A program made the position numbers and the translations under genes. A stretch of 64,000 nucleotides of DNA from contig OW569354.1 in assembly GCA_937625935.1 (NCBI GenBank), positions 372,001 to 436,000 of the forward strand. The letters run 5' to 3'. The number at the start of each line of letters is the position of its first letter. Position 1 is the stretch's first letter. The notes beneath the pieces were generated by a model, which saw only the letters and a program-made list of their open reading frames with translations, searched no databases and was not told the origin of the DNA. Positions 26,151-35,368 of this stretch are shown piece after piece. The DNA comes from Tetramitus jugosus. Taxonomy: Eukaryota > Protista > Heterolobosea.

Positions 26151-28475
26151 ATGGTCGAGTCACTTAAAAGTAAAGTTTCGGGATCCTTCAAGCAGGAGAG
26201 CAGTGATAAAGGTGGTATGGCCGATGAACAAAAAGCGTTGGACGATATCATCGAGGAAGAGATTAAGAAGAAGAGGTATCAACAAATTGATAGCTATGGA
26301 GTCATTGGAAATATGAGAACATGTGCTCACGTGTGTGGAAAAAATGGAAGTATTGATTGGTTCTGTTATCCTCATTTCAACAGCCCCAGTATCTTTGCAA
26401 GGTTGTTGGATCATGACAAGGGTGGCTACTTTCAAGTGAATGTATCAGATAGGATGAGATGTACTCACGACATCGCACAATCCTATTGGCCTGACACCAA
26501 CATGCTCATGACAAAGTTTTCATCCAAGGCCGGAATTGGTCAAGTGATTGACTATATGCCTGTTGTCAAGTTGAATTGTGGTTCCAAGGATCCAGAACTG
26601 TTCCCAGACTTGGCAGACCTTCTTCAGAAAAAAAGCAAGGAAGTTCGACACAGGATTGGTAGTGCCTCTTTGATGAACACTGTGCCATGTATTACTTCAC
26701 AGAATCGATGCGAGGAAACGGACAATTACAAGTGGATTTGCCGACGAATTGAAGTCATCCAGGGAAGTATGACCTTTAAGATGATGTGTTTCCCTGCGTT
26801 CAACTATGCCCGAGACGATCACAAAATTTATGTGTCTGATGACAAGAGGCGAGTGGTCTTCTCGACAGATAGCTTGTCAATGACACTATTAGGTTCGGCT
26901 GCCTTACTGGATATCACCAACGATGGATTGTCTCCGAACGAGGGAGTTAGTGCAGAGTTTGTTCTCTCTGAAAATGCATGTATGACACTGGTATTCCGTG
27001 AGTCAACAGATGAGGAGATTGAAGAAGCAAGAGAGTATCACGAGAAGAACAAGGAGGAAAAACAAGGAAATCAAAAGAAATTAATTCATTTGGACGACGG
27101 TCACTTGCAAATGATCAACGAAGGTGAAGAAGAGTTCCGAATGACAGCCAAAACAGATTGGTTATTTATTCAAACAATGAACTTCTGGCATGGATGGATC
27201 CAAAAGTGCAATTATCAAGGAAGATGGAGAGAACACATTTATCGAAGTGCATTGGCTCTGAAGCTAATGACATTTGAGCCTACTGGTGCCATTGTAGCTG
27301 CACCAACAACAAGCTTGCCAGAGAGTATCGGTGGAACGAGAAACTGGGACTACCGATTCACTTGGGTCAGAGATTCAGCTTATGTCGTCTATTCTTTTAT
27401 TCGTGTTGGTTTTTATGACGAAGCCGAGTGTTTTATTCGCTTCATCGAAGATCGTTGCAAGGAGAGTATCACAGAAGAATTGTTAGAGATGGGACAGAAT
27501 GAGTACTCAGATGGTAGAGATGTAGCTCCAGAACCTCCTCTCAAATCAATTTATTCAATCAATAAGATGGAAGGCGATCTCGTGGAACAAGAATTGGATC
27601 ATTTGGAGGGATACAAGTGCTCGAGACCCGTGAGAATTGGTAATGCAGCGGCAGATCAGTTACAATTGGATGTATACGGAGAGCTACTCGATGCCATCTA
27701 CTTGTACAACAAGTACTCCAATCCAGTGAGTTATGATTTCTGGAGATACATTGTGTATATTGTCGATTGGGTGTGTGAGAACTATGACCGAAAAGATGAA
27801 GGGCTATGGGAGGTACGAGGCGGAAAGCAACACTTTTTGTACAGCAAAGTATTGTGTTGGGTGTGTATTGACAGAGGATTGAGATTGGCTGACAAGCGAA
27901 GTTTCCCATGCCCTCGTATGTACTGGCAGAAGAAGAGAGATATGCTCATGATTGAGATCATGAAAGAAGGATTTAACACAAAAGTGGGAGCTTTCACACA
28001 GTATTATGGCAGCGAAAATCTTGACGCAGGAGCGTTGATATTGCCACTGGTGTTGTTCATGGCGCCCACAGACCCACGAATGATATCCACATTGGATGCT
28101 ATTAATCGAAGCCCAAAGAAGGGTGGACTCGTACTGAATAGTCTCGTGTTTCGCTATGATTACAAGTCGACAGATGATGGCTTCATTGGGATGTCAGAAG
28201 GAACATTTAACATGTGCACGTTCTGGCTGATTGAGTGTCTGGCCAGAACAGCACAAAAGCAGAAGATTATGGAGGCAAGGTTGAAAATGGAACAGTTCTT
28301 TACCTATTTAAGTTCTGTTGGATTGTTTAGTGAGGAGATGAGTTCGGACGGTCATCAATTGGGTAATTATCCACAATGTTTCACTCATTTGGCACTCATA
28401 TCCTCTGCCTTCAATTTGAATCGAGCTTTGAACAACTGGAAACCAATGACCGTAAATTCTCAATCGGGCGACTAA
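26151..28475 (+). CDS. Glycoside hydrolase family 15 (trehalase/glucoamylase-like)
   Basis: YGVIGNMRT, GSIDWFCYPHFNSPSIFARLLD, GAIVAAPTTSLPE, RNWDYRFTWVRD, QLDVYGE, DEGLWEVRG, EGTFNMCTFW and LGNYPQ.FTH. Confidence 0.95.
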   Translation: MVESLKSKVSGSFKQESSDKGGMADEQKALDDIIEEEIKKKRYQQIDSYGVIGNMRTCAHVCGKNGSIDWFCYPHFNSPSIFARLLDHDKGGYFQVNVSDRMRCTHDIAQSYWPDTNMLMTKFSSKAGIGQVIDYMPVVKLNCGSKDPELFPDLADLLQKKSKEVRHRIGSASLMNTVPCITSQNRCEETDNYKWICRRIEVIQGSMTFKMMCFPAFNYARDDHKIYVSDDKRRVVFSTDSLSMTLLGSAALLDITNDGLSPNEGVSAEFVLSENACMTLVFRESTDEEIEEAREYHEKNKEEKQGNQKKLIHLDDGHLQMINEGEEEFRMTAKTDWLFIQTMNFWHGWIQKCNYQGRWREHIYRSALALKLMTFEPTGAIVAAPTTSLPESIGGTRNWDYRFTWVRDSAYVVYSFIRVGFYDEAECFIRFIEDRCKESITEELLEMGQNEYSDGRDVAPEPPLKSIYSINKMEGDLVEQELDHLEGYKCSRPVRIGNAAADQLQLDVYGELLDAIYLYNKYSNPVSYDFWRYIVYIVDWVCENYDRKDEGLWEVRGGKQHFLYSKVLCWVCIDRGLRLADKRSFPCPRMYWQKKRDMLMIEIMKEGFNTKVGAFTQYYGSENLDAGALILPLVLFMAPTDPRMISTLDAINRSPKKGGLVLNSLVFRYDYKSTDDGFIGMSEGTFNMCTFWLIECLARTAQKQKIMEARLKMEQFFTYLSSVGLFSEEMSSDGHQLGNYPQCFTHLALISSAFNLNRALNNWKPMTVNSQSGD

Positions 28476-28617
28476 ATACAACAGGATACTCAAGAGAAGA
28501 ACTGAGCAAGCACAGAAAGCATATGTGCTTAACTATTTGACTCTTCTCTTCAATAAATTCTTTCTCCTTTGCCATCTCTCAAGTAACTAACAAGCTTGTT
28601 TTATTGATGATAATGAT

Positions 28618-29694
28618 TTAGCATCCCAAAACACCCTTGGCTCTGTTCCAGTACTTGTCACGGTCAGCCTTTCCATTGTAACCACCATTGATCTTCTTGG
28701 TGATGATATCAAAGGAGGCTTGAGTGTTCTGGTCAGCATACTGGTTCAAAGATCTAGTCTTCCAGTACCAAACAGCAACCTTGAATCCCCATTGTGGAGT
28801 AGCAGCGAGAGTTGGGTTTCCTTCCAAATCAACACCTAAATCAGCACCTGCAGCTCTGTAGTTGGATCTACCGGTCAATTGGATTGGACCTCTGCCCTTG
28901 TATCTTACACCGTCACCTGGGTAAATGTTACCGAGGTCCTTTCTGCCTTCATAAGCAGCACCAGATGCAAGTTCTTCCATGTATCTGAACTCTCCAGATT
29001 CGTGAGCCAATTGAGCCAAGAAGGCAGACTTTCTAGCACATGTGGTAATGCTGCCATAGGACAAGGCATTGTTAATGTGACTAATGTAGTCATTGGCCTT
29101 TGAGTCGGACAAGTTTGGCATAATGGCCTTGAGTTGAGCAACAGAGAGCAGACCAGTGCTGCCACCGCCTCCACCACCATTGTTGACAACGGTGACAAAG
29201 TTGCTTGCGACCCATCCTCCACTGATCGAGTACCAAGTATAGCCACATCCAGTAGATGTTTGACCAGTGTAGGTTGCACTCTGACCAGAGGACAATGATC
29301 TCACAATAGAGTTAGTAGTACATGGACCAGAACGAACATTCAATCCAGTAGTGGCTTGCAAAGTAGCACCATTGGAGATGGATGCATCAGAGAAAGCTTC
29401 TACAGTAGTAGTTGTCTTCTTGGTGGCCTTTTTCTTGTTATTATTCTTGTTGTGCTTCTTCTTGAGAGAAGAAACAATAGCTTTGGCGTTCTTAGCTCTA
29501 TGGACGACATTGTTCCATTTGCCCAAGACCTTCTTGACCTTTGGATCCTCTGATGATGAGAGCTTCTTTTGAATCAGGTGATTCAACTTTCTGGAGGAAA
29601 GCTTTAGCTGTTTGGATGGGGAAGCAGCTTGGGAGGAGACAGCCAACAGAGCCAACAACAAAATGGTGGCAATAGCAATCAGAGAGAATCTCAT
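28618..29694 (-). CDS. Secreted SH3b + GH19 (chitinase/endolysin-type) hydrolase with Lys-rich pro-region
   Basis: ATG at 29694, signal peptide MRFSLIAIATILLLALLAVSSQA, bacterial SH3 signature LNVRSGP...WYSI..GWVASNFV, Gly linker, and GH19 motifs FLAQLAHESG, YKGRGPIQLTGRSNY and ITKKINGG.NG. Confidence 0.93.
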   Translation of the reverse strand: MRFSLIAIATILLLALLAVSSQAASPSKQLKLSSRKLNHLIQKKLSSSEDPKVKKVLGKWNNVVHRAKNAKAIVSSLKKKHNKNNNKKKATKKTTTTVEAFSDASISNGATLQATTGLNVRSGPCTTNSIVRSLSSGQSATYTGQTSTGCGYTWYSISGGWVASNFVTVVNNGGGGGGSTGLLSVAQLKAIMPNLSDSKANDYISHINNALSYGSITTCARKSAFLAQLAHESGEFRYMEELASGAAYEGRKDLGNIYPGDGVRYKGRGPIQLTGRSNYRAAGADLGVDLEGNPTLAATPQWGFKVAVWYWKTRSLNQYADQNTQASFDIITKKINGGYNGKADRDKYWNRAKGVLGC

Positions 29695-30259
29695 TATATG
29701 ATAGTTAAATGTTTTGTAGTCGTGTGATATGTTTTCAATGATGATAGGAGCTGAAAAACGAAAAGACAAATGAACTTCAAATCTGAAGCGAAAAGGAAAA
29801 GGGGATTGGGGTGAGATGTGTGACGCATCTCGGAATTTTTCCACGCGAACAGTTATCGACCCAATAGTTACAATTTTTCACACCGAAAGAAAGAACTACA
29901 AAACCGTTGACAACCAGCCGAGGCAATCCTCGCCAAAAGGGAGAATAGTTTTTCCATACAAAGTGTTGCCACTTTATTCTGTACACTACTGAGAGTACTT
30001 GTCCATCGATAAGACACTGTAAATCAAAAATTGAGCTATTTCGTCGTTTTTCACGGCAAGTGGTGTGAAGAGTGATCATGTGGCTACATTGGTGAAGGAA
30101 GGCTGAAGGATTGCAAGAAGGAAAAGCAACATTTTCGATCTTACATTATTGAACCAGATATCTGTTCAACTGTCAGAGGACACCCACGTTTATCAGCTTC
30201 TTGCTGCCTACCTCGAACCAGGCGAAAAGCGAGAAAGTGGACGAAATTCCATCGTTAAT

Positions 30260-30378
30260 GTCTACGTTCATACAATGGTGGAACCACCTCTTCCCATTTC
30301 GAATAGAGAAGTTAAGCACCATCTGGCTGAGTTAGTATTGAGATAGGAGACTACTCGAGAACCCTCAGTAATGTAGGC
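30260..30378 (+). rRNA. 5S ribosomal RNA (single dispersed copy)
   Basis: 119 nt. Terminal helix GTCTAC/GTAGGC, CATAC near the 5' end, CCCATTTCGAA loop C, box A GAAGTTAAGC, TTAGTA loop E, box C-like GATAGGAGAC, and a downstream TTTT/TTTTT Pol III terminator. Confidence 0.93.
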
Positions 30379-30611
30379 TTTTGATTTTTGTTTCTCGCTT
30401 CCAAGCCAACTTACGCAGACTTTTTCCGCTGCGGACATGGAATTGCCAGTATTTTTGGTTGGGCCCGGAAATCACTGGAACAGCTACAACAGGAACAACC
30501 CAACCATTCCGAGGCTGGGTTTAAATATTGTGAGTATTTGCATTCTCCTTGTCCAACAAACACACAACAATACTACCTGATAATTAATCTTATCTTGCCT
30601 ATTAATTACCC

Positions 30612-31478
30612 ATGTCCACCTTAACTATCAAGGTCTATCTACGTCCTGGATATGAAGTTAGAAGACTAGAACTGAATCCAAAGGTCGATACACTTCACTC
30701 TCTCAAAGAAAAGTTGAAGGAAGTTCATGAAGCCTCTCCAATCTTTGATTCTTCTGCCGGCACCATTATCGATTTCCTCATTCAATACTTGGATGACGAA
30801 AACGAATGGATCACTGCTACCACAGAAGAAGAGTGGAAAGTTGCTTTGAAGGTGGGTGTTGCACTAGCAGATAATGACCAAGGAGCAATCTTGAGAATGA
30901 AATGCAATATTGTTCGCAGACCAAAACCAGTCAGTGAATCACCTCAACGTTTCCCAATCGACCTCCTCTTTGCTCCTCAGAAGCTAATTAATGCAAGACC
31001 AGAACATTGTCAAAAATTTTTATCGCGTCCATGCCCCCTCATTGGTCAGAGCCAACAATCTCAGGAGAAAAGGGATCCATTGGACTTGGAGAACTTAATC
31101 AATTCCGTGCTTGGGGCCTTCTTTGTGGGACCTCAAGAAAAGAGTCAAGAATCCTCGAAGCCCAAGAGAGAAGAGAAGCAAGAGGAAGTGGCTTCTGTCG
31201 AGGAGAAGAGAGAATCATCTCACGAAGTTGAGCAACCAGACCAAGTAGATGAAGAAGCTCCAATTATTGAAGATGCACCAGAGCAACCAGAACGACAAGA
31301 AGTACCACAGGAGAGAGAAACAGTCTCAGAGGATACCAAACAGCAAGATTTTGAATATCCAACTCAATTGACTTCGTTAATTGCTATGGGTTTTGCAAAC
31401 GAAGACTTCAACAAGTTTCTACTGAGAAAGAACCGAGGTGATATTACCAAAACCATCGCACAATTGCTGGAATTGTAA
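30612..31478 (+). CDS. PB1 + UBA protein (p62/SQSTM1/NBR1-like ubiquitin receptor)
   Basis: N-terminal PB1 (IKVY...VRR; acidic YLDDENEWIT) and C-terminal UBA (QLTSLIAMGF...NKFLLRKNRGDITKTIAQLL). Confidence 0.85.
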   Translation: MSTLTIKVYLRPGYEVRRLELNPKVDTLHSLKEKLKEVHEASPIFDSSAGTIIDFLIQYLDDENEWITATTEEEWKVALKVGVALADNDQGAILRMKCNIVRRPKPVSESPQRFPIDLLFAPQKLINARPEHCQKFLSRPCPLIGQSQQSQEKRDPLDLENLINSVLGAFFVGPQEKSQESSKPKREEKQEEVASVEEKRESSHEVEQPDQVDEEAPIIEDAPEQPERQEVPQERETVSEDTKQQDFEYPTQLTSLIAMGFANEDFNKFLLRKNRGDITKTIAQLLEL

Positions 31479-31772
31479 TCGCCAAGTTGTAAATATGTAA
31501 ACAATTTAATTCATTGAATACTTCCTTTCTGTCTTAACCTACCTGACTCACGTCATAAAGACACAAGAATCCTTATTCCGATTTTTCTCCGGAATCTCAA
31601 AATGGATAACCAGTATTGCGTCAGATGACAGGCTCTGATGTTTCGTCCATCGATGACAAACCCAAGATGCATGTTCACGCTCCTCAGAACTTTGCATTAT
31701 CACAACAACAGACAAACATTTACAGATCCACTCTGAACTCCACCTCCTTGCCACCACCACTTACCCAACTCC

Positions 31773-34223
31773 ATGAAGAGCGCCAAGCAGATCAAGGCAG
31801 AAAGACGATCCAAGAGAAGAAATTTCAAGTTCTTGCAAAAGACTCAACAAACAATCAAGAAACTGTATTACGAGTCATTAGGCAATGCCCATGAAAATAT
31901 TTATCACATGTCTGAAGATCTATGGGTCAACATCCTTTCGTATCTGCCTACAGTGAACGTGCTTCGGTTCAGGTTTGTCAGTCGATTGTTCAACTACTTG
32001 TTGTCCAATCCGAGACACATTCATGCTTCAGAATTAGCAATTCATATGTTCAATGATTTAACTTCAAAACAGGTTAATCAGCGAGTCAAGGTGAATCCAT
32101 TCACGAGAATTATTCCTCTGGAACAACTAGAGCTTTATCATGCTCGCTTGTATCGGAGAGTGGACTTTGGGAGCGAATATTGTAGAGTTCTGGAAAGAAA
32201 AGGAATGGTTCGTTCGTTGAACTCGGGACTTGAGTTTGAACGACAAGCAATGATACTTACCAGTTTGGCATACTATATTCCAAACCTTACACAGTATGAT
32301 GAAACGGGAGGAACAATTGACATGTGCATAGGAGCACAGGTTCATTCTGTGATGAGTCAAGAAACTCTCATTAATTTGATAATGGCTCATGGGCAACATA
32401 TCGAAGAGCTCGTTTTGAACGGCTGTGACGCAGTGACTGATTTCCTTGTTCAAATCATCGTGAACAAGTGTGCGAAACTCAAGAGGCTTGAGCTACGCTC
32501 CTGTATGAACATAACAGATGTTTCACGACTTTGTGTGGTTCATAGTCCGGTATTGCGTCAAACATTACAGTACTGTGATTTCTCTGAGAGCCCGTTGGCT
32601 AAAATGCCCGATGATTCTTCCATTCTTCATTACTTGAGAGGATTTCTTAATTTAAAGCGGATTGTGTGGTCTGAAGCAGATTATTATGCGGATATATTGA
32701 TGGATCTTATGGAGCAAGCGGATAAGGAACTAGATAAGGATCTACTCCAGAGTATTAGACAGAGAAGAAACACAATCTCAGACAAAAGCGCCAATCCATT
32801 AGAAGTCCAGGAGATAATGAAAACGAAATATTTCCGTCCTTTGCCTCAAGACCCAACCAAACTATACCATCTGTACAACACTGTGGAATCTCTCCACCTG
32901 GAATCGAATAACTATTTCAATTTATCTTCCGCCTACCTACCTGCTTTGACTCAAAAATTTAAGAACTTGGAGGAAATTCAACTCTACTTTTGTGGACAAC
33001 ATCATATCTTTAACATTGACGACCGATTTATGAGGAGATGCTGGAATGAATCTAAGAAGAACACAAAACTAAAACATTTGGCTATTGAAGGATACTATTA
33101 TGATGGAGATGGTTCTTATCCACTTCGCGAATTCTTGAGTTTGTATCCTGGACTAGAGTCATTCACATACTTGTTAGGTGTTAACTTCAATGAGGGAGAT
33201 ATGTCTCACTTTTTCAAACAACACCCGAATTTACAATCGTTCCAATGTGATTGCATGAAATTAGAGGACTTAGCAGGAGCGGAGAAGGAAGTTGGAAGTA
33301 AGTTTGAGAAACTTAGAGTGAAGATCAACATGCCACCATTTGAACCACTATCAGTAAGAGAGGAAAGAGCACAACACCTTTACGACTTTTTGACAACAGT
33401 TGGCCCACAATTACAGGAGTTAGAAATCAAGATCGATACCTCTTCAGAGTCGAATCCATTACCATTCGGAAATGAAATTGTCCGCATTATTGGTTCTTAC
33501 TGCACAAATTTGAAGGTGTTGGCTCTCGAGAATCTGATGTTCAAGACCTCAAATTCATTTATCAAGAAAATCAGTAGCCGCCTTCAGAGACTAACTCTGA
33601 GTAAGGTTGTCTGTTTACATGAATCAACATCAGACCCTGTCGAAGATGAAGTGGGACCTTCAGCCCTTCAATCATTAACGATGCTGAAATGTGACTCAGT
33701 AGTGTGTGATCAACTACCAACACGGCTTCCATCTCTAAAATACATTGCGATATTTGATGGCAAAGTGACTCAGGAGCAGTTTGACCGGCTGATCTCTCCA
33801 GAAAATGCTCCTCATATTCACTCAATCGCCGCCGATGGTAAGCTAGATACTGTTTCTAAGGTTGTAGAATACACAAAAGAGTATCCAACAATTGCATTGA
33901 GACTGCTGTGTTGTCCCATGACTACGACCAGCACCATGGAACAAATTATTAGGAAGGCTGGAGTTGGTCTCCAGACATTGTCCGTCAATTTTAGTGACAA
34001 GGAAAATGCATCATCCATTGGTGTTCAACTCATCAAAACGTGCAGACATTTGAGGTACTTGAATTGCCCAACCAAAATGGAGAAGTATGAAGAACTTGGA
34101 AAGGAGTTTGGAGCACACCCATGGAAACATATCTGGAAACTTTATGTGAATTCATGGAAGCATGTCGTTGGTGATTACTACAACTTGTGGAATCACCCTG
34201 AAAGAGAAATACACATTTCCTAG
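31773..34223 (+). CDS. F-box / leucine-rich repeat protein
   Basis: F-box MSEDLWVNILSYLP..NVLRFRFVSRLF followed by cysteine-containing LRRs (IEELVLNGCDAVTD, LKRLELRSCMNITD, CTNLKVLAL). Confidence 0.88.
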   Translation: MKSAKQIKAERRSKRRNFKFLQKTQQTIKKLYYESLGNAHENIYHMSEDLWVNILSYLPTVNVLRFRFVSRLFNYLLSNPRHIHASELAIHMFNDLTSKQVNQRVKVNPFTRIIPLEQLELYHARLYRRVDFGSEYCRVLERKGMVRSLNSGLEFERQAMILTSLAYYIPNLTQYDETGGTIDMCIGAQVHSVMSQETLINLIMAHGQHIEELVLNGCDAVTDFLVQIIVNKCAKLKRLELRSCMNITDVSRLCVVHSPVLRQTLQYCDFSESPLAKMPDDSSILHYLRGFLNLKRIVWSEADYYADILMDLMEQADKELDKDLLQSIRQRRNTISDKSANPLEVQEIMKTKYFRPLPQDPTKLYHLYNTVESLHLESNNYFNLSSAYLPALTQKFKNLEEIQLYFCGQHHIFNIDDRFMRRCWNESKKNTKLKHLAIEGYYYDGDGSYPLREFLSLYPGLESFTYLLGVNFNEGDMSHFFKQHPNLQSFQCDCMKLEDLAGAEKEVGSKFEKLRVKINMPPFEPLSVREERAQHLYDFLTTVGPQLQELEIKIDTSSESNPLPFGNEIVRIIGSYCTNLKVLALENLMFKTSNSFIKKISSRLQRLTLSKVVCLHESTSDPVEDEVGPSALQSLTMLKCDSVVCDQLPTRLPSLKYIAIFDGKVTQEQFDRLISPENAPHIHSIAADGKLDTVSKVVEYTKEYPTIALRLLCCPMTTTSTMEQIIRKAGVGLQTLSVNFSDKENASSIGVQLIKTCRHLRYLNCPTKMEKYEELGKEFGAHPWKHIWKLYVNSWKHVVGDYYNLWNHPEREIHIS

Positions 34224-34454
34224 TGGTTGTATGTCATTTAACGTGAAGGTTTATGGAACAATTTACTTTGGATGCACCTCATCCAACTGAGAGCTCTAAG
34301 AACTCCTCTACAAAAAGTTCAAAGGTGAAGGTTCAGAGCTTCACGGAGAATTGATTGGATGACGCGTCATCATCTCGTAGCTTGAATTGCTGTTGTGAGC
34401 AGCAAAGCGGGATATTCAACATCCCATCGTAAAACATAAAAAACTATCACACCC

Positions 34455-34934
34455 ATGAGAGCCATCACCCTATTCCTCATCGCTATCGCTGTTTTTATTG
34501 GTCTTGCTGCCCTTAGCAACGCCTCCCAAGAAAAATCTTTGAAGAAGCTTCCTCAAAGAATTGCTCCTCTGTCCTCCATCAAGTCATCCATGATGAAACA
34601 ATGGAAGAAGAACTTTGACGGTTTGATCCCAAAGAAGAATAACTTGGTCAAGAAAGCAAAGAAGACTTCCTTCCTCAAGAAGAGAAAGAACCAATCCAAC
34701 AAGAAGCAATCCACCACTGAGAACTCACTTGCTGACTCCTCCTTTTTGACACCAGGAAAGTACACTTGTCTTAACATTGGTGCTCAAAATGATGTTGAGT
34801 GCACCCAAAGATGTATCAACCAATGGAAGGGACAAAGTGTTCATGTGAGATATTGGTTCGCTGCTTACAGTGATCCTCCAACTTGCAGCATCTGCTTGAA
34901 GCGTGTTTGTAACTGCTGTGCCACTCCAATCTAA
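34455..34934 (+). CDS. Secreted precursor: signal peptide, Lys-rich pro-region and 8-Cys defensin-like peptide
   Basis: Signal peptide ending LSNA, cationic linker, and C-terminal C-x10-C-x3-C-x23-C-x2-C-x4-C-x-C-C containing the CxxxC/CxC signature of CSalphabeta folds. AATAAA follows the stop. Confidence 0.75.
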   Translation: MRAITLFLIAIAVFIGLAALSNASQEKSLKKLPQRIAPLSSIKSSMMKQWKKNFDGLIPKKNNLVKKAKKTSFLKKRKNQSNKKQSTTENSLADSSFLTPGKYTCLNIGAQNDVECTQRCINQWKGQSVHVRYWFAAYSDPPTCSICLKRVCNCCATPI

Positions 34935-35368
34935 GGAACAGGTACGTCAAAGTTCAAAGGAACTTGCGGTCAAGCGTAGTTGCTATTGAAATAATAAACA
35001 TCATGATTCTGAATCAATACCCTCTGGAGAATTTTCACTTGCTGTTTCCATTAGACTTGGAGGAAAGATTGCAATGAGGAAATGTCTGGCGAATGTCATC
35101 CCGCATCGTTTTCCTTCATGAATCGGGGCTCAAGGGAACAAAGGAATCGGCAAATTGTAGCTTGTAACTAGATTCTTTCTCCGGCATCGGAAGCCTCCCG
35201 ACTTGCAGTTAGAACACCTTCCAAAGAGCTTACGGAAGTCACCAGAGTCCCCTCCAGAGATTCAAAAGAAAAAGCTTTCGTCCCATCAGCAACCACCAAC
35301 CAACAAACAACAACAAAAAAAACCTCTCATTCCACATACAAAAAAGTTTGAAGCTCCTCAGCAACATC

